Shown: piece by piece, positions 20,135 to 29,783 of the stretch | Layout: each line of letters starts with the position of its first letter | Position numbering within the stretch: the first letter of the stretch is position 1 | IMG/VR virus record: IMGVR_UViG_3300037067_021710 | Source: a virus | Taxonomy: Duplodnaviria > Caudoviricetes | Reading direction: 5' to 3' (one strand) | DNA length: 64,000 nt | The notes under the pieces: generated by a model | What the model was told of the DNA's origin: nothing | The model's database searches: none | The model's input: the letters and a program-made list of their open reading frames with translations, nothing else | Translations under genes and position numbers: made by a program

Positions 20135-21422
20135 AATAATTAAGCATGAAATTTTTGAAAAAGTAAAAGAATATTATAAAGCTGAACAATTAGAAAAAAA
20201 ACCTTCTAATAAAATCAATTATGCTGGGCGAGTATATGATGAAAAAGAACTCATTAATTTGGTTGATGCTTCTCTAGAATTTTGGTTAACTTCTGGAAGA
20301 TTTACAAAAGAATTTGAAAAAAAGCTTGCTGATTTTTTAAATTTAAAATATTGCTTATTTGTAAATTCGGGTTCTTCTGCAAATCTTTTAGCTTTTATGG
20401 CTTTAACTTCCCCATTATTAAAAGAAAGAAAAATAAATAGAGGAGACGAGGTTCTTACTACAGCATGTGTATTCCCTACTACTATTTCTCCAATAGTACA
20501 ATATGGAGCAGTCCCTGTGTTTGTTGATGTTGACTTCGGAGGCAATATTAATTCTGATTTATTAGAAAGAGCTTTAACTTCAAAAACAAAAGCAGTAATG
20601 ACTGCGCATACTCTTGGATATCCATTTGACATAGACAAAGTAAAAGAATTTTGCAATAAAAATAATTTATGGCTTATTGAAGACAACTGTGATGCATTAG
20701 GCTCAAAATACAAAAATCAATATACTGGAACATTCGGAGATATAGGAACTTCTTCCTTTTTTCCAGCACATCACATTACCACGGGAGAAGGCGGAGCTAC
20801 TTATACAAATAATCCGCTTCTTTATAAAATTATGAAGTCTATGAGGGACTGGGGTAGAGATTATAAATGTGATAATTGCGTACCTGATTGTAATAAAAGA
20901 TATTCATATGAAGATGATCAATTAAAAAATTATGATTGCAGATATACCTATGCTTCATTTGGGTATAATCTAAAAGCAACAGATTTACAAGCTTCTATTG
21001 GAGTAATTCAATTAGATAAGCTTTTAAAATTTAAAAAAGCTCGACAAAATAATTGGGAAAAAATATACAGAGGCTTAAGTGATTTCCCTTTTAGAAGACA
21101 TGACTACTATGACCCTAATTGGTTTGGGTATTTATTTATAATACCAAATGAAGTTGGTTTTTCTAGAAATGATATTGTTGAGTATTTAGAAAATCATAAT
21201 ATTCAGACTAGAAATTTATTTGCTGGTAATATAACTAAACATAGTTGCTTTGACTCTTTAGAGTTAAATAAAGACTATAAAATTTGTGGTGAACTAACAA
21301 ATACGAATATACTAATGAATCAAGCTTTTTGGATAGGGGTATATCCAAGATTAGACGATAATCAAATAGACTATGTAATTGAAACTTTTAAAAATTTTTT
21401 AAATTTAAGAAAAAAGTGTTAA
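20121..21422 (+). CDS. rfbH: CDP-4-keto-6-deoxyglucose 3-dehydrase (E1/DdhC)
   Basis: VNSGSSANL, SFFPAHHITTGEGG (His in place of the aminotransferase Lys), RDWGRD, GYNLK. Confidence 0.9.
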   Translation: MRASEIIKHEIFEKVKEYYKAEQLEKKPSNKINYAGRVYDEKELINLVDASLEFWLTSGRFTKEFEKKLADFLNLKYCLFVNSGSSANLLAFMALTSPLLKERKINRGDEVLTTACVFPTTISPIVQYGAVPVFVDVDFGGNINSDLLERALTSKTKAVMTAHTLGYPFDIDKVKEFCNKNNLWLIEDNCDALGSKYKNQYTGTFGDIGTSSFFPAHHITTGEGGATYTNNPLLYKIMKSMRDWGRDYKCDNCVPDCNKRYSYEDDQLKNYDCRYTYASFGYNLKATDLQASIGVIQLDKLLKFKKARQNNWEKIYRGLSDFPFRRHDYYDPNWFGYLFIIPNEVGFSRNDIVEYLENHNIQTRNLFAGNITKHSCFDSLELNKDYKICGELTNTNILMNQAFWIGVYPRLDDNQIDYVIETFKNFLNLRKKC

Positions 21423-21453
21423 CTATTTTTTAAAAAAATGCCTATAATATAAT

Positions 21454-21645
21454 ATGAAGATATTAAATTATAAGGAGTTTTTAATGAAAAAATGTACTAT
21501 TTGTAAAAGGCCTCTTACGAACAAAGCAATGGACTTAACACAAATTCTAGATGAAAATGAAAGAAAAAGATTAGAAAAAATTAGGAGAAAACGGGGACTT
21601 TGCAGTGAGTGCTCAATTTCACTCGTACTTTTATCTCTTATATAA
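21454..21645 (+). CDS. small Zn-finger protein
   Basis: CTIC...CSEC; AGGAG SD before internal ATG 21484. Confidence 0.55.
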   Translation: MKILNYKEFLMKKCTICKRPLTNKAMDLTQILDENERKRLEKIRRKRGLCSECSISLVLLSLI

Positions 21646-21652
21646 TTCAATC

Positions 21653-21686
21653 AAAAAGCCTAGTAACTTAAATTGCTAGGCTTTTT
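21653..21686. terminator. bidirectional rho-independent terminator
   Basis: AAAAAGCCTAG...CTAGGCTTTTT inverted repeat at the convergence of the sugar operon and terminase. Confidence 0.85.
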
Positions 21687-21809
21687 CTATCTAAATATTA
21701 AATATAAAACCAAATAAAAAATAACTAAAAGTATAGTAATTTTTGCTGAAGCTGGCATTTGCAACTTTGAAAAATTAGAAATTTTTAAACCATTTCGAAA
21801 CATCATATT

Positions 21810-23864
21810 TTACGCCCTGTTAATATATTTAAAAGCATTTTGTAAAAGTATTTTTTGAAATTCAGGTTCTTTTGTGAATCTACGATTTTCATCTTCAAAT
21901 ATTGTAGTAGGTATTATATCAGAAGATATAATTGTATGGGCTACACTAGCTAATGGGTCAGAAGTATCTTTCGCATTTATTCCTGCTTTACTATTTTCCC
22001 AATCCCCAGAATAAGAATTATAAGTAACTCCCTTTTTATGGTCTATCATTTCTTTACCATTTTCTTTTCGAATTCTTTCTAAGCTTGTTAAATTGTTTTT
22101 TAAAAAAATATTTTTTCCTGCTTTTATTGTACCAGATAATAACATAGTTAATAATGACATATACGGATTTAATGAGGTATCTACTGACAAAATTTGAGCA
22201 TCAATATTAACTCTTTTTAAATTTTGCTTTGTCTGTTGACTTTGAAACGTATCCATGTTTACTCGAGTAATTGGTACATCACCTATAGTTTTTAAATCAA
22301 TAACAAATGCTTCTAATGCTGCTAAGTTTATTCCATCATCACCCGGTAATACTGGAAAACACAAGTCAATAATAACCATTGTTGTCTCTAACAATCTAGA
22401 CCACTCCCCATGCCCCATACAGAACCCATATAAGTCTCCTTTAACACTATGAGCAGAGTCTAGTGCGATGATCCTAGGTTCTCGTGGCGCTCTATATAAG
22501 ACAGTACTATTGATATTATACTTTGTAAATAATAACTTTTCAACTTTATTGTATAATAATTGCTGAGGAGAATCTGCTGCATTAGCAACTAGCCCACCTT
22601 CTATATTTCGTAAGTATGTGCAAGAAAACAAACCATCAATAATTGACTGGCTTTGTATAAATTTACTTTCATTAGAAGTTGGTTTTCCTGCTATATCTTT
22701 AATAGATTTTACTAAAGCATTGGCTCCGCGACTAAATTCTTTTTTAACATCAATTGGTATATAAGCAATAAGGTCTTTAGGTATTCCAACTATATCCTGT
22801 TCAGAGGTTACAAATTTAGCGGGTATATCTGCATTGCCTGTAATTACCTTAAACATTTTTCCTTGCTTATAAAGTAGTTCATCTAATTGTTCTTCTGGAA
22901 TTTTTTGTGCTTTTAATTCTTCTTGTGAGTGAAACCACTTTTTAAATTTTTGTGGTACTGCTTCCCATCGTGATCTCCACTTAAAATAAACATCATCTTC
23001 AAATTGAAGAGTTTTTATAATATAATTTTCTATAAGACTATCAGCATAGTTGGCACTCGAATCCAAAAAGACGTGTGTTAAATAATCTGCTCCAACAGTA
23101 GCTTTAATACGGTCAAGAGCATCTGTGTATAGCTGGAATATTTTTTCTTCAGTAGCTCCAGCCTCTTCAATAAAAAAAGCTATTTCAGAAATATAAGCTT
23201 GAATTATGTCTGCTCCAATAATTTCATTCGGGCTATCATTACCAAGAAGAAATTGAAGACCTGAAGCAAGAGTTATTTCACCAACAAGTGCAGACTCAGA
23301 ATAAACAATTTTTTCACACCCATATTTTGCTTGTTCTCGAGCTACTTGATCTCGTATTTTTACTTTTACAAAGCGTTTAGACTTTTCAAGAATTTTATAT
23401 AATGGTTGAAGATATAACTGACGAGTCTTTTCAAATTTAAAACTTATGAAGTAGATACACAAATCTGTAAGTGGAGAAAGACCGTAGTATAAAGCAGGTT
23501 CTCGAAGGTGATGAATAAAAACTACTGTATACATTATCAACAAACGAGCTAAGAATGTTTTACCAATACGAGTAGCTCCATAAAAACATAATTGAAAATA
23601 ATCTTTTTTACCATCAATAATCTTTAAAAAGTCTTCTCGAATGTGAGGGTAGATTGAAGACACAACATTTAATGGAAGCCATTGATTAATTGGATCAAGA
23701 AACTCTTCACCAGTAGGCGGGCGTTTTTTAAATATGATAGAAGATAAAGATCCTTCTAATTCTTTTCTAGTTTCAGGGTTTTTAAAAGCATCATAAAGAA
23801 TCTGTCTTTTTTCAATAGACAATTCATTATAATTTTTATCAATAAAGTCTTGCAATTCTATCAT
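21810..23864 (-). CDS. terL: terminase large subunit
   Basis: Walker A GATRIGKT, Walker B-like YISE, LDSSA coupling motif, RNase H-like ALDSA, MDTFQS and KDTSD. Confidence 0.85.
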   Translation of the reverse strand: MIELQDFIDKNYNELSIEKRQILYDAFKNPETRKELEGSLSSIIFKKRPPTGEEFLDPINQWLPLNVVSSIYPHIREDFLKIIDGKKDYFQLCFYGATRIGKTFLARLLIMYTVVFIHHLREPALYYGLSPLTDLCIYFISFKFEKTRQLYLQPLYKILEKSKRFVKVKIRDQVAREQAKYGCEKIVYSESALVGEITLASGLQFLLGNDSPNEIIGADIIQAYISEIAFFIEEAGATEEKIFQLYTDALDRIKATVGADYLTHVFLDSSANYADSLIENYIIKTLQFEDDVYFKWRSRWEAVPQKFKKWFHSQEELKAQKIPEEQLDELLYKQGKMFKVITGNADIPAKFVTSEQDIVGIPKDLIAYIPIDVKKEFSRGANALVKSIKDIAGKPTSNESKFIQSQSIIDGLFSCTYLRNIEGGLVANAADSPQQLLYNKVEKLLFTKYNINSTVLYRAPREPRIIALDSAHSVKGDLYGFCMGHGEWSRLLETTMVIIDLCFPVLPGDDGINLAALEAFVIDLKTIGDVPITRVNMDTFQSQQTKQNLKRVNIDAQILSVDTSLNPYMSLLTMLLSGTIKAGKNIFLKNNLTSLERIRKENGKEMIDHKKGVTYNSYSGDWENSKAGINAKDTSDPLASVAHTIISSDIIPTTIFEDENRRFTKEPEFQKILLQNAFKYINRA

Positions 23865-23869
23865 AATAA

Positions 23870-23878
23870 TTATTAGTA
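23870..23878 (-). promoter_or_regulatory. putative late promoter TACTAATAA
   Basis: 5 nt upstream of terminase ATG. Confidence 0.6.
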
Positions 23879-23902
23879 TTATGATAGAACTGCTTAGCTA
23901 GT

Positions 23903-24511
23903 TTAGTAAACGAAGTCTCCTTTCAAAATTTCCTGTTTCATAGCATTTTTAATTGAATTCAAGTGTTTCCCTACAGCTACAGGAGTAATTTTTAAAACTT
24001 CAGCTATTTCTTTTTGCGGCATTTTATTATCATAGTACATAGTCAAAATTTCTTGAGCGCGTAAAGAAAATTTTTGTTTAACGGAAGCTAATATTGTATT
24101 ATAAATAATTTCATGATTATACATTTGAAAGGATGTACTTTTTACATTAAATTCGTTTATATAGGCCTTTTCTACTTTTGATTCTCTTTTTGAATGATAA
24201 ATAGCTCGAGTAATAAATTTTCCTGTATAAATATTAAACCAATAGTATAAGTTAAAACTCTTTTTAAATTCTTCGGGGATTTTACATAATTGAAAATCTT
24301 GAATAGCTTCTAACATGTTAATGGTAAGTTCTTGTTTAATATCATCAAGTTCATATGATTGACTTAAAAGAGTAAAAACATATTTGGCTCGCTTATGAAG
24401 AAAAAATTTGTAGTGATTAATCATTGATATTGCATATTTTTCTTTGTTTTTTGAATCAGTGTTATACATATAAAGTAATTGATAATCACGAGAGCACTCA
24501 GTTAACACCAT
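23903..24511 (-). CDS. phage RNA polymerase sigma factor
   Basis: Region 2-like DDIKQE...LEAI..F; region 4 HTH QKEIAEVLKITPVAV. Confidence 0.75.
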   Translation of the reverse strand: MVLTECSRDYQLLYMYNTDSKNKEKYAISMINHYKFFLHKRAKYVFTLLSQSYELDDIKQELTINMLEAIQDFQLCKIPEEFKKSFNLYYWFNIYTGKFITRAIYHSKRESKVEKAYINEFNVKSTSFQMYNHEIIYNTILASVKQKFSLRAQEILTMYYDNKMPQKEIAEVLKITPVAVGKHLNSIKNAMKQEILKGDFVY

Positions 24512-24596
24512 AAAAATAATCTCCTTTTTAATAAATTTTAAAAAAGTATTAAAGTAAATCTTAACTGTTTACACTAATTAAACGTGGAGGTAAGTC

Positions 24597-25085
24597 TTAA
24601 ATAATATTATGAGTGTCATTATAGCATTTCATAATTTTATTAACATATCCCCAATTTTTATATCTTTGTATTTTACAATTAGGACCAGCATTATAAGCAA
24701 TTAAAGCTCGTTTCATATTACCTTTAGAAAAAGTTTTACACCATTTATAATATTTTGCCCCTATTGTTATATTCAGTTTAGGTTTAAAAAGGTCTTTAGG
24801 ATTTTTTCCTTTATAATGGTATTTTGCCATAATTTGCATTAATCCTCGTGCTTTACATCGAGATACGGCTTTTGTATTTCCTTCTGATTCTGCATGTATA
24901 ATAGCAAAAATCTCTGCTCTAGATATATTATTTATTTTTGCAATATGAGTTATGACTGTATAATATTGTTTATTCATCCAAGGATAATACGCTCTAGCAT
25001 AATCATATTTACTTAAATTTGGAGCAAAGGCAGGTTTTGCAATAAAAAGAAGTATAAGTATACCTAAATACATATATTTTTTCAT
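24597..25085 (-). CDS. lytic transglycosylase (SLT) with signal peptide
   Basis: AIIHAES, ARGLMQI, AYNAGP. Confidence 0.9.
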   Translation of the reverse strand: MKKYMYLGILILLFIAKPAFAPNLSKYDYARAYYPWMNKQYYTVITHIAKINNISRAEIFAIIHAESEGNTKAVSRCKARGLMQIMAKYHYKGKNPKDLFKPKLNITIGAKYYKWCKTFSKGNMKRALIAYNAGPNCKIQRYKNWGYVNKIMKCYNDTHNII

Positions 25086-25119
25086 AGTAAATTTCCTTTA
25101 GTTATTTATACAAGAGAGA

Positions 25120-25596
25120 TTAATCTTCTACAATTACTTCGTGCTCAACTTCTTCACGAATAAAATCATCTTCTGTTTCTTCAACCTGTTCTATTAGTCG
25201 TTTGCCATTTCTTTTTCTGCCAACTGTAAGCTTGCCAGCGTAAAATAACTCCTTTTCGATATCTTTTTTCTTTTTACGGGGTTTTTCTTTAAGAGGGTCT
25301 GAAATTTTAAAAGTTTCAAGAAGTTTTTTAACAGTTTTAGTATATTCATTATCTTCAATAATAGCAATAACTTCTCCACAATTTATGCATTCTAGTATAT
25401 CAAAGACTTGACCAGTTTCTATAAAAGTCATTGCAAAATCAAAAAGCTCTTGAGAAATTTTATAAGATTCTAACTTCTTTTTTAAACGAGATTTTCTTGC
25501 ACCAAGATCAAAAATAGAAGGGCGATCATTAAGAGATCTAAATCCAATATAAAATGCACTATCACATTTAGAGCATTTTAAAATTTCATTTTCCAT
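25120..25596 (-). CDS. Zn-ribbon protein
   Basis: CSKC...CINC; AGGAG SD. Confidence 0.65.
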   Translation of the reverse strand: MENEILKCSKCDSAFYIGFRSLNDRPSIFDLGARKSRLKKKLESYKISQELFDFAMTFIETGQVFDILECINCGEVIAIIEDNEYTKTVKKLLETFKISDPLKEKPRKKKKDIEKELFYAGKLTVGRKRNGKRLIEQVEETEDDFIREEVEHEVIVED

Positions 25597-25623
25597 TTAA
25601 TTCTCCTTATTTAATTTAAAAAT

Positions 25624-25660
25624 ACTATATCATAGGAGTTTAAAAATGTACATCACTTTT
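25624..25660 (-). promoter_or_regulatory. early sigma70-like promoter AAAAGTGA-TGTACA-N17-TATAGT
   Basis: One of 4 conserved copies with exact 17-nt spacer. Confidence 0.7.
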
Positions 25661-25857
25661 TATTCAAATTTAAAGTTTTTATCATTATGTTTTCGAGCCC
25701 ATACTCCATACCAAGTAGGGTTAGTAGAAATAAAAAGTATTCCGGGGTTATTATCAAAACATAAAACTTTTTCTGATGAAGTATAATATACCCAATCTTT
25801 TCGACGCTCTAAAATTGTTCTTCCATAATTAGATATAGCCTCAATTTTAAAACTCAT
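25660..25857 (-). CDS. hypothetical protein
   Basis: Start overlaps ligase stop. Confidence 0.55.
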   Translation of the reverse strand: MSFKIEAISNYGRTILERRKDWVYYTSSEKVLCFDNNPGILFISTNPTWYGVWARKHNDKNFKFE

Positions 25858-27713
25858 TTAAAAAACTCTGAATAGCTCATAAGCTTAACACCAAGTTTTT
25901 GAGCTTTTTGAAGTTTTCCACTACCAGAAGCGGGGTCTTCACAAAGTAGAATTGAAGTCTCCTTATTAACAGACTCCGCAAATTCATAACCCATTTCATT
26001 GAGTTTTTGAATCAATTCATTACGTTTTAATGGCCCAGTACCAGTCATTGCAACTTTTCCTTTACTTAACATATTGTTTTCTCCTTTTTCTTCAATATCG
26101 CTAATCTGGACGACTTCCAGCAAATTATTGATATAATCTACACCTTCTTCCTTAAATGCTTGCAGGCTCATCCCAGTTGCTTGCAGAGTACCTTTAAATG
26201 ACCAGAAGTCTGACATGGTATGAATTTTTAACTTTTTAATAGCTTTTTCACCTACATTTTCAATTCCTAGACGAGCAATAAACTGAACTGCAGTCATTGT
26301 CTTAGTTCGCTCAATTTCACTGATAATATTGTCAATTTTCTTTTGTCCTAGGCCGGGAATACCACTTAAATTTTTTGCTATTAGGTTATATAAAGCTTTG
26401 ATTGAATTTATAACTCCAAATTCGTACAAAGTTCGAATTGTAGCTGTACTCATTTGTTCCATTTCACAGTCTTTACACCAACTTGTAATTTGTTGAATAA
26501 CTTGCTCAGGGCATTGTTTATTACTACATTTAAGATTAACTCCTATAATTGAAAGTCCAGAACCACATGAAGGACAGCATTTAGGTAGTATATATGGAGC
26601 AGCTTCTTCATGAAAAGTCTTGTTTTCTTCTATATAAGGAATGACATCATTTGAGCGCTTGATTAAAAATATATCCCCAATATGTGGTTTAATATTCTCA
26701 ATAACGTTTTTGTAGTTATGTAGAGATGCTCGTTGAATAATTGCTCCCCCTAGCGTTATGGGTTCTACAATAGCTACTGGAGTTAATGTACCAAAACGAC
26801 TTATATTCCATTCAACATTAATCAATTTTGTTTCTTTAAATTCAGCCGTAGGCTTCAGAGCAATTTCATAGTTGTGATGGTGCGAGATAATATAACTAGC
26901 ATCAATTTTTTCATGAAGAGAGCAATTATTTACTTTTAGCACTAACCCATCAGTTTCAAAACCCCATTTACTTCGTAAAGTACTTTGATAATAATCATAA
27001 TACGCTTTAATTTCATCATATTGGGCACTAAAGAAATTACTATAGTCTACTGTTTGAAATCCTAGAGAATTTAAAAATTCAATTTTATCATCTTCATAGT
27101 TAAATTCTTTTCCAATATCTTTTCCAATAATTTGATATGCTATAAAATGAAGATATTTCAAATCTTCAAGACCAGTATCTTTTCTGTTTACAAGGCCTAT
27201 AGCTATATTACGAAGAGGTTTTCCATTAGTTTCATATTCTATATTAGTTGGCAAATATAATTCGCCGCGAACTTCAAAGTCTACACATATGTGAAGAGTT
27301 TTTGGAATTGTAGTCATGTATTTAGCAATATGAGTAACATCAACTCCTTCAGTACCAGTTCCTCTTGTTGCAGCATAAACTAATTTTCCATTTTTATATT
27401 TAATGGTACAAGAACCTCCATCGATCTTTGGTTCAATAATAAGTTGTTCTTCAATTGGGAGTTTTATTTTATTAAGCCATTTTTCAACTTCTTCAACTGT
27501 TTTAGCTTTTTGGCAACTTAACATTGGTATATTATGATGAACTTTTTTACCTTTAGCTACTATTCCTACAATTTTGAAATATTTATTGTTAGGATCAAGT
27601 TTTCGAAGGTCTTCCTCAAGATTATCAAATTCTTCATCACTTAAAATAGGCTCATTATTATAATAAGCTTCTTTTGCTTTTAGTAGTTGTTGTACTATTT
27701 CATTTATAGTCAT
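25854..27713 (-). CDS. ligA: NAD-dependent DNA ligase
   Basis: EPKIDG, ATRG.G..G, EVRGE, DGLVLK, Zn finger, C-terminal BRCT. Confidence 0.95.
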   Translation of the reverse strand: MTINEIVQQLLKAKEAYYNNEPILSDEEFDNLEEDLRKLDPNNKYFKIVGIVAKGKKVHHNIPMLSCQKAKTVEEVEKWLNKIKLPIEEQLIIEPKIDGGSCTIKYKNGKLVYAATRGTGTEGVDVTHIAKYMTTIPKTLHICVDFEVRGELYLPTNIEYETNGKPLRNIAIGLVNRKDTGLEDLKYLHFIAYQIIGKDIGKEFNYEDDKIEFLNSLGFQTVDYSNFFSAQYDEIKAYYDYYQSTLRSKWGFETDGLVLKVNNCSLHEKIDASYIISHHHNYEIALKPTAEFKETKLINVEWNISRFGTLTPVAIVEPITLGGAIIQRASLHNYKNVIENIKPHIGDIFLIKRSNDVIPYIEENKTFHEEAAPYILPKCCPSCGSGLSIIGVNLKCSNKQCPEQVIQQITSWCKDCEMEQMSTATIRTLYEFGVINSIKALYNLIAKNLSGIPGLGQKKIDNIISEIERTKTMTAVQFIARLGIENVGEKAIKKLKIHTMSDFWSFKGTLQATGMSLQAFKEEGVDYINNLLEVVQISDIEEKGENNMLSKGKVAMTGTGPLKRNELIQKLNEMGYEFAESVNKETSILLCEDPASGSGKLQKAQKLGVKLMSYSEFFK

Positions 27714-27890
27714 ATAGATCCTCTAAATGATTCTGTATCTTTGTTTTAATATATTTGCAAATTCAGAAAAAGTTAAACGATCAGAAGGGGCTAAATATAA
27801 AAATCCACAAACTCCTTTTGTAATATATTTTAAATAAACTTCCTCTAGAGTAATAAGTTCCATTTAAGTTCTCCTTAATTATTTTTTATT

Positions 27891-27976
27891 TGCCCAGAGA
27901 GGGAATTGAACCCTCACGACTTTAAAAGTCAAGGCATTTTAAGTGCCTTGTGTCTACCAAATTCCACCATCCGGGC
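27891..27976 (-). tRNA. trnL: tRNA-Leu(TAA), CCA not encoded
   Basis: GCCCGGA/TCTGGGC acceptor stem, AGGCA-CT-TAA-AA-TGCCT anticodon arm, long variable arm, GGTTCAA T-loop. Confidence 0.93.
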
Positions 27977-28127
27977 TAAGTTCAATTAGTTATCTTCATT
28001 AAATTTGATTTCAGCATTTGTAGTCACTTTAGCTACTTTACAAAATACAAAAGTTATAATTGATACTATCACAATAGCTACGATAACATAAATCATATAT
28101 TCTCCTTTGAATCATTTTAATAATTAT

Positions 28128-28166
28128 ATTAAACCATATTAATATTAAAATGTACATCACTTTTTT
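28128..28166 (-). promoter_or_regulatory. early promoter AAAAAAGTGA-TGTACA-N17-TTTAAT
   Basis: Conserved motif upstream of tRNA/ligase unit. Confidence 0.65.
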
Positions 28167-28256
28167 AGTAATTATGAAAATTTTTTAATAAAAATTCTTA
28201 TTATAAAATATACAAATTCAACATAAAAAGTTAACTAAAAATTTTTTTGTTATTTA

Positions 28257-28439
28257 TTAGTCTTTTTTAGCCTTTAATGCAGCCATTCTTTTCCACAATT
28301 CAGCTAGCATATTATCATCAGTAATTTCGCCATCAACTTTTTTAACATGCTCTGCTGCATAGTCTAAAATCAATTCATATAATTGACTTTTCTTAATTCC
28401 TCGAAAAAACTTTCCACTATAAATCGGCTTCATCAACAT
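28257..28439 (-). CDS. hypothetical early protein
   Basis: AGGAG SD, packed minus-strand ORF. Confidence 0.6.
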   Translation of the reverse strand: MLMKPIYSGKFFRGIKKSQLYELILDYAAEHVKKVDGEITDDNMLAELWKRMAALKAKKD

Positions 28440-28467
28440 AATATTTTTTACTCCTTTTGATTTATTC

Positions 28468-28698
28468 TTATTTATTTAATTCAATTTCTATTATTGGCTC
28501 TGGTTCTATTGTAATACATTCTCCCTTAACATAACGAATACGCTTTTCTTTCATTGTATGAGTTATAGAAACTATTTTTAAGCAAAGACCATTTGCTGCT
28601 TTTACATATTCACCTACTCTTGGTAAAGCTACAAATTCAGTAGGCCAAGTTACTCTTTTCCCTTCATCTACATTAGTATGACAAATAGCTTTTATCAT
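28468..28698 (-). CDS. hypothetical early protein
   Basis: AGGAG SD. Confidence 0.65.
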   Translation of the reverse strand: MIKAICHTNVDEGKRVTWPTEFVALPRVGEYVKAANGLCLKIVSITHTMKEKRIRYVKGECITIEPEPIIEIELNK

Positions 28699-28703
28699 TT
28701 CTT

Positions 28704-28916
28704 TTACTCCTTAATCCTTTTCTTATTACAAGCTACAAAGTAATCACCAGGAGCTTTGACAGTATAATTTCTTTTGCTACAAAGATTTCTGCAATACCCA
28801 GAATTAACCTTTGCTACTATACCGAAAAAAGTTACATAATTAAAAGGACAAGTAGAGATTAATCTTGAATCAATAACAATTGTATTATCATCTTCAAAAC
28901 AATTATCTTTTTTCAT
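28704..28916 (-). CDS. hypothetical early protein
   Basis: Coupled ORF. Confidence 0.55.
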   Translation of the reverse strand: MKKDNCFEDDNTIVIDSRLISTCPFNYVTFFGIVAKVNSGYCRNLCSKRNYTVKAPGDYFVACNKKRIKE

Positions 28917-29170
28917 TCAACATCTCCCTCAATAAATTCAGAAATAAATTTCTTAATAGATTCACATATACCAAGCTCTGCTAAAGACAGAGAAGCATAA
29001 TGCTCTGACTTCATATTTGATAATGTATATTTTACACTCCAAAAAAGAGTGGGTATTCCATTCACTTCTGTTGTATAACCCTGTTTTATTATACAGACTC
29101 TGATATTTTCACAATATACTTGCCAAAGTGTATCATTTATCCTTTTAAATCTAAATTTTTTAAGCTTCAT
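28913..29170 (-). CDS. hypothetical early protein
   Basis: AGGAG SD. Confidence 0.6.
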   Translation of the reverse strand: MKLKKFRFKRINDTLWQVYCENIRVCIIKQGYTTEVNGIPTLFWSVKYTLSNMKSEHYASLSLAELGICESIKKFISEFIEGDVE

Positions 29171-29185
29171 TTAACTCTCCTTAGT

Positions 29186-29764
29186 TTAATAATAACATTT
29201 TTCTCTGCGCTTTTGATATTGTAAATACTCTTTTCCCCATGAACCTTTCCATTTTGCTTTTCTTGCAAAACGACGGTGTAACATACTCATTTGTTCAAGA
29301 TTATCAGTGCATAAATGATTCCATACATCGAACCAAATTAAATCATATATAGTTTCTTTTAAAGGTTTCCATGTATAAATATCAGCACAGATTATTTCAA
29401 TTTTGTTTGGATACATTTCTAAATAGTGTTTTCCTACAAGATCAATAACTTCTTGAGAAATTTCAATAATTGTTATATGCTTAACTTCAGGTTTTAAACA
29501 CATTGCATTTAAAACCATTCCAATCCCTAAACCAGCTATTAAACAATTTCCTGTTGCTTGATATACTGCAGAATAATGATCTCGTTTTTCATCAGGAGTA
29601 TCACTCATAAGAAGAGTATCTTTATAATATAAAAAAGTATATTCTCCATTAGGAACATATCTTCCATCCATAGAAAATTGAAATCTAGGTTCCACATGTT
29701 TTCGGATTACCTTGAAATCACCTATTTGCCCATTAGGAATATTTACATTTGGGATTGAATTCAT
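29186..29764 (-). CDS. class I SAM-dependent methyltransferase / spermidine-synthase-like protein
   Basis: LMSDTP.E, LIAGLGIG, IIEIS.EVI.LV, ICAD, DLIWFD.W. Confidence 0.7.
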   Translation of the reverse strand: MNSIPNVNIPNGQIGDFKVIRKHVEPRFQFSMDGRYVPNGEYTFLYYKDTLLMSDTPDEKRDHYSAVYQATGNCLIAGLGIGMVLNAMCLKPEVKHITIIEISQEVIDLVGKHYLEMYPNKIEIICADIYTWKPLKETIYDLIWFDVWNHLCTDNLEQMSMLHRRFARKAKWKGSWGKEYLQYQKRREKCYY

Positions 29765-29783
29765 TTTAATCTCCTTTTATATA

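Noticed and set aside
3724-21422. Host chromosomal O-antigen locus flanking a prophage
   Set aside because: Phage late genes on both sides, same AT content, no wzx/wzy/wzm/wzt, integrase or att site; misassembly cannot be excluded without reads.
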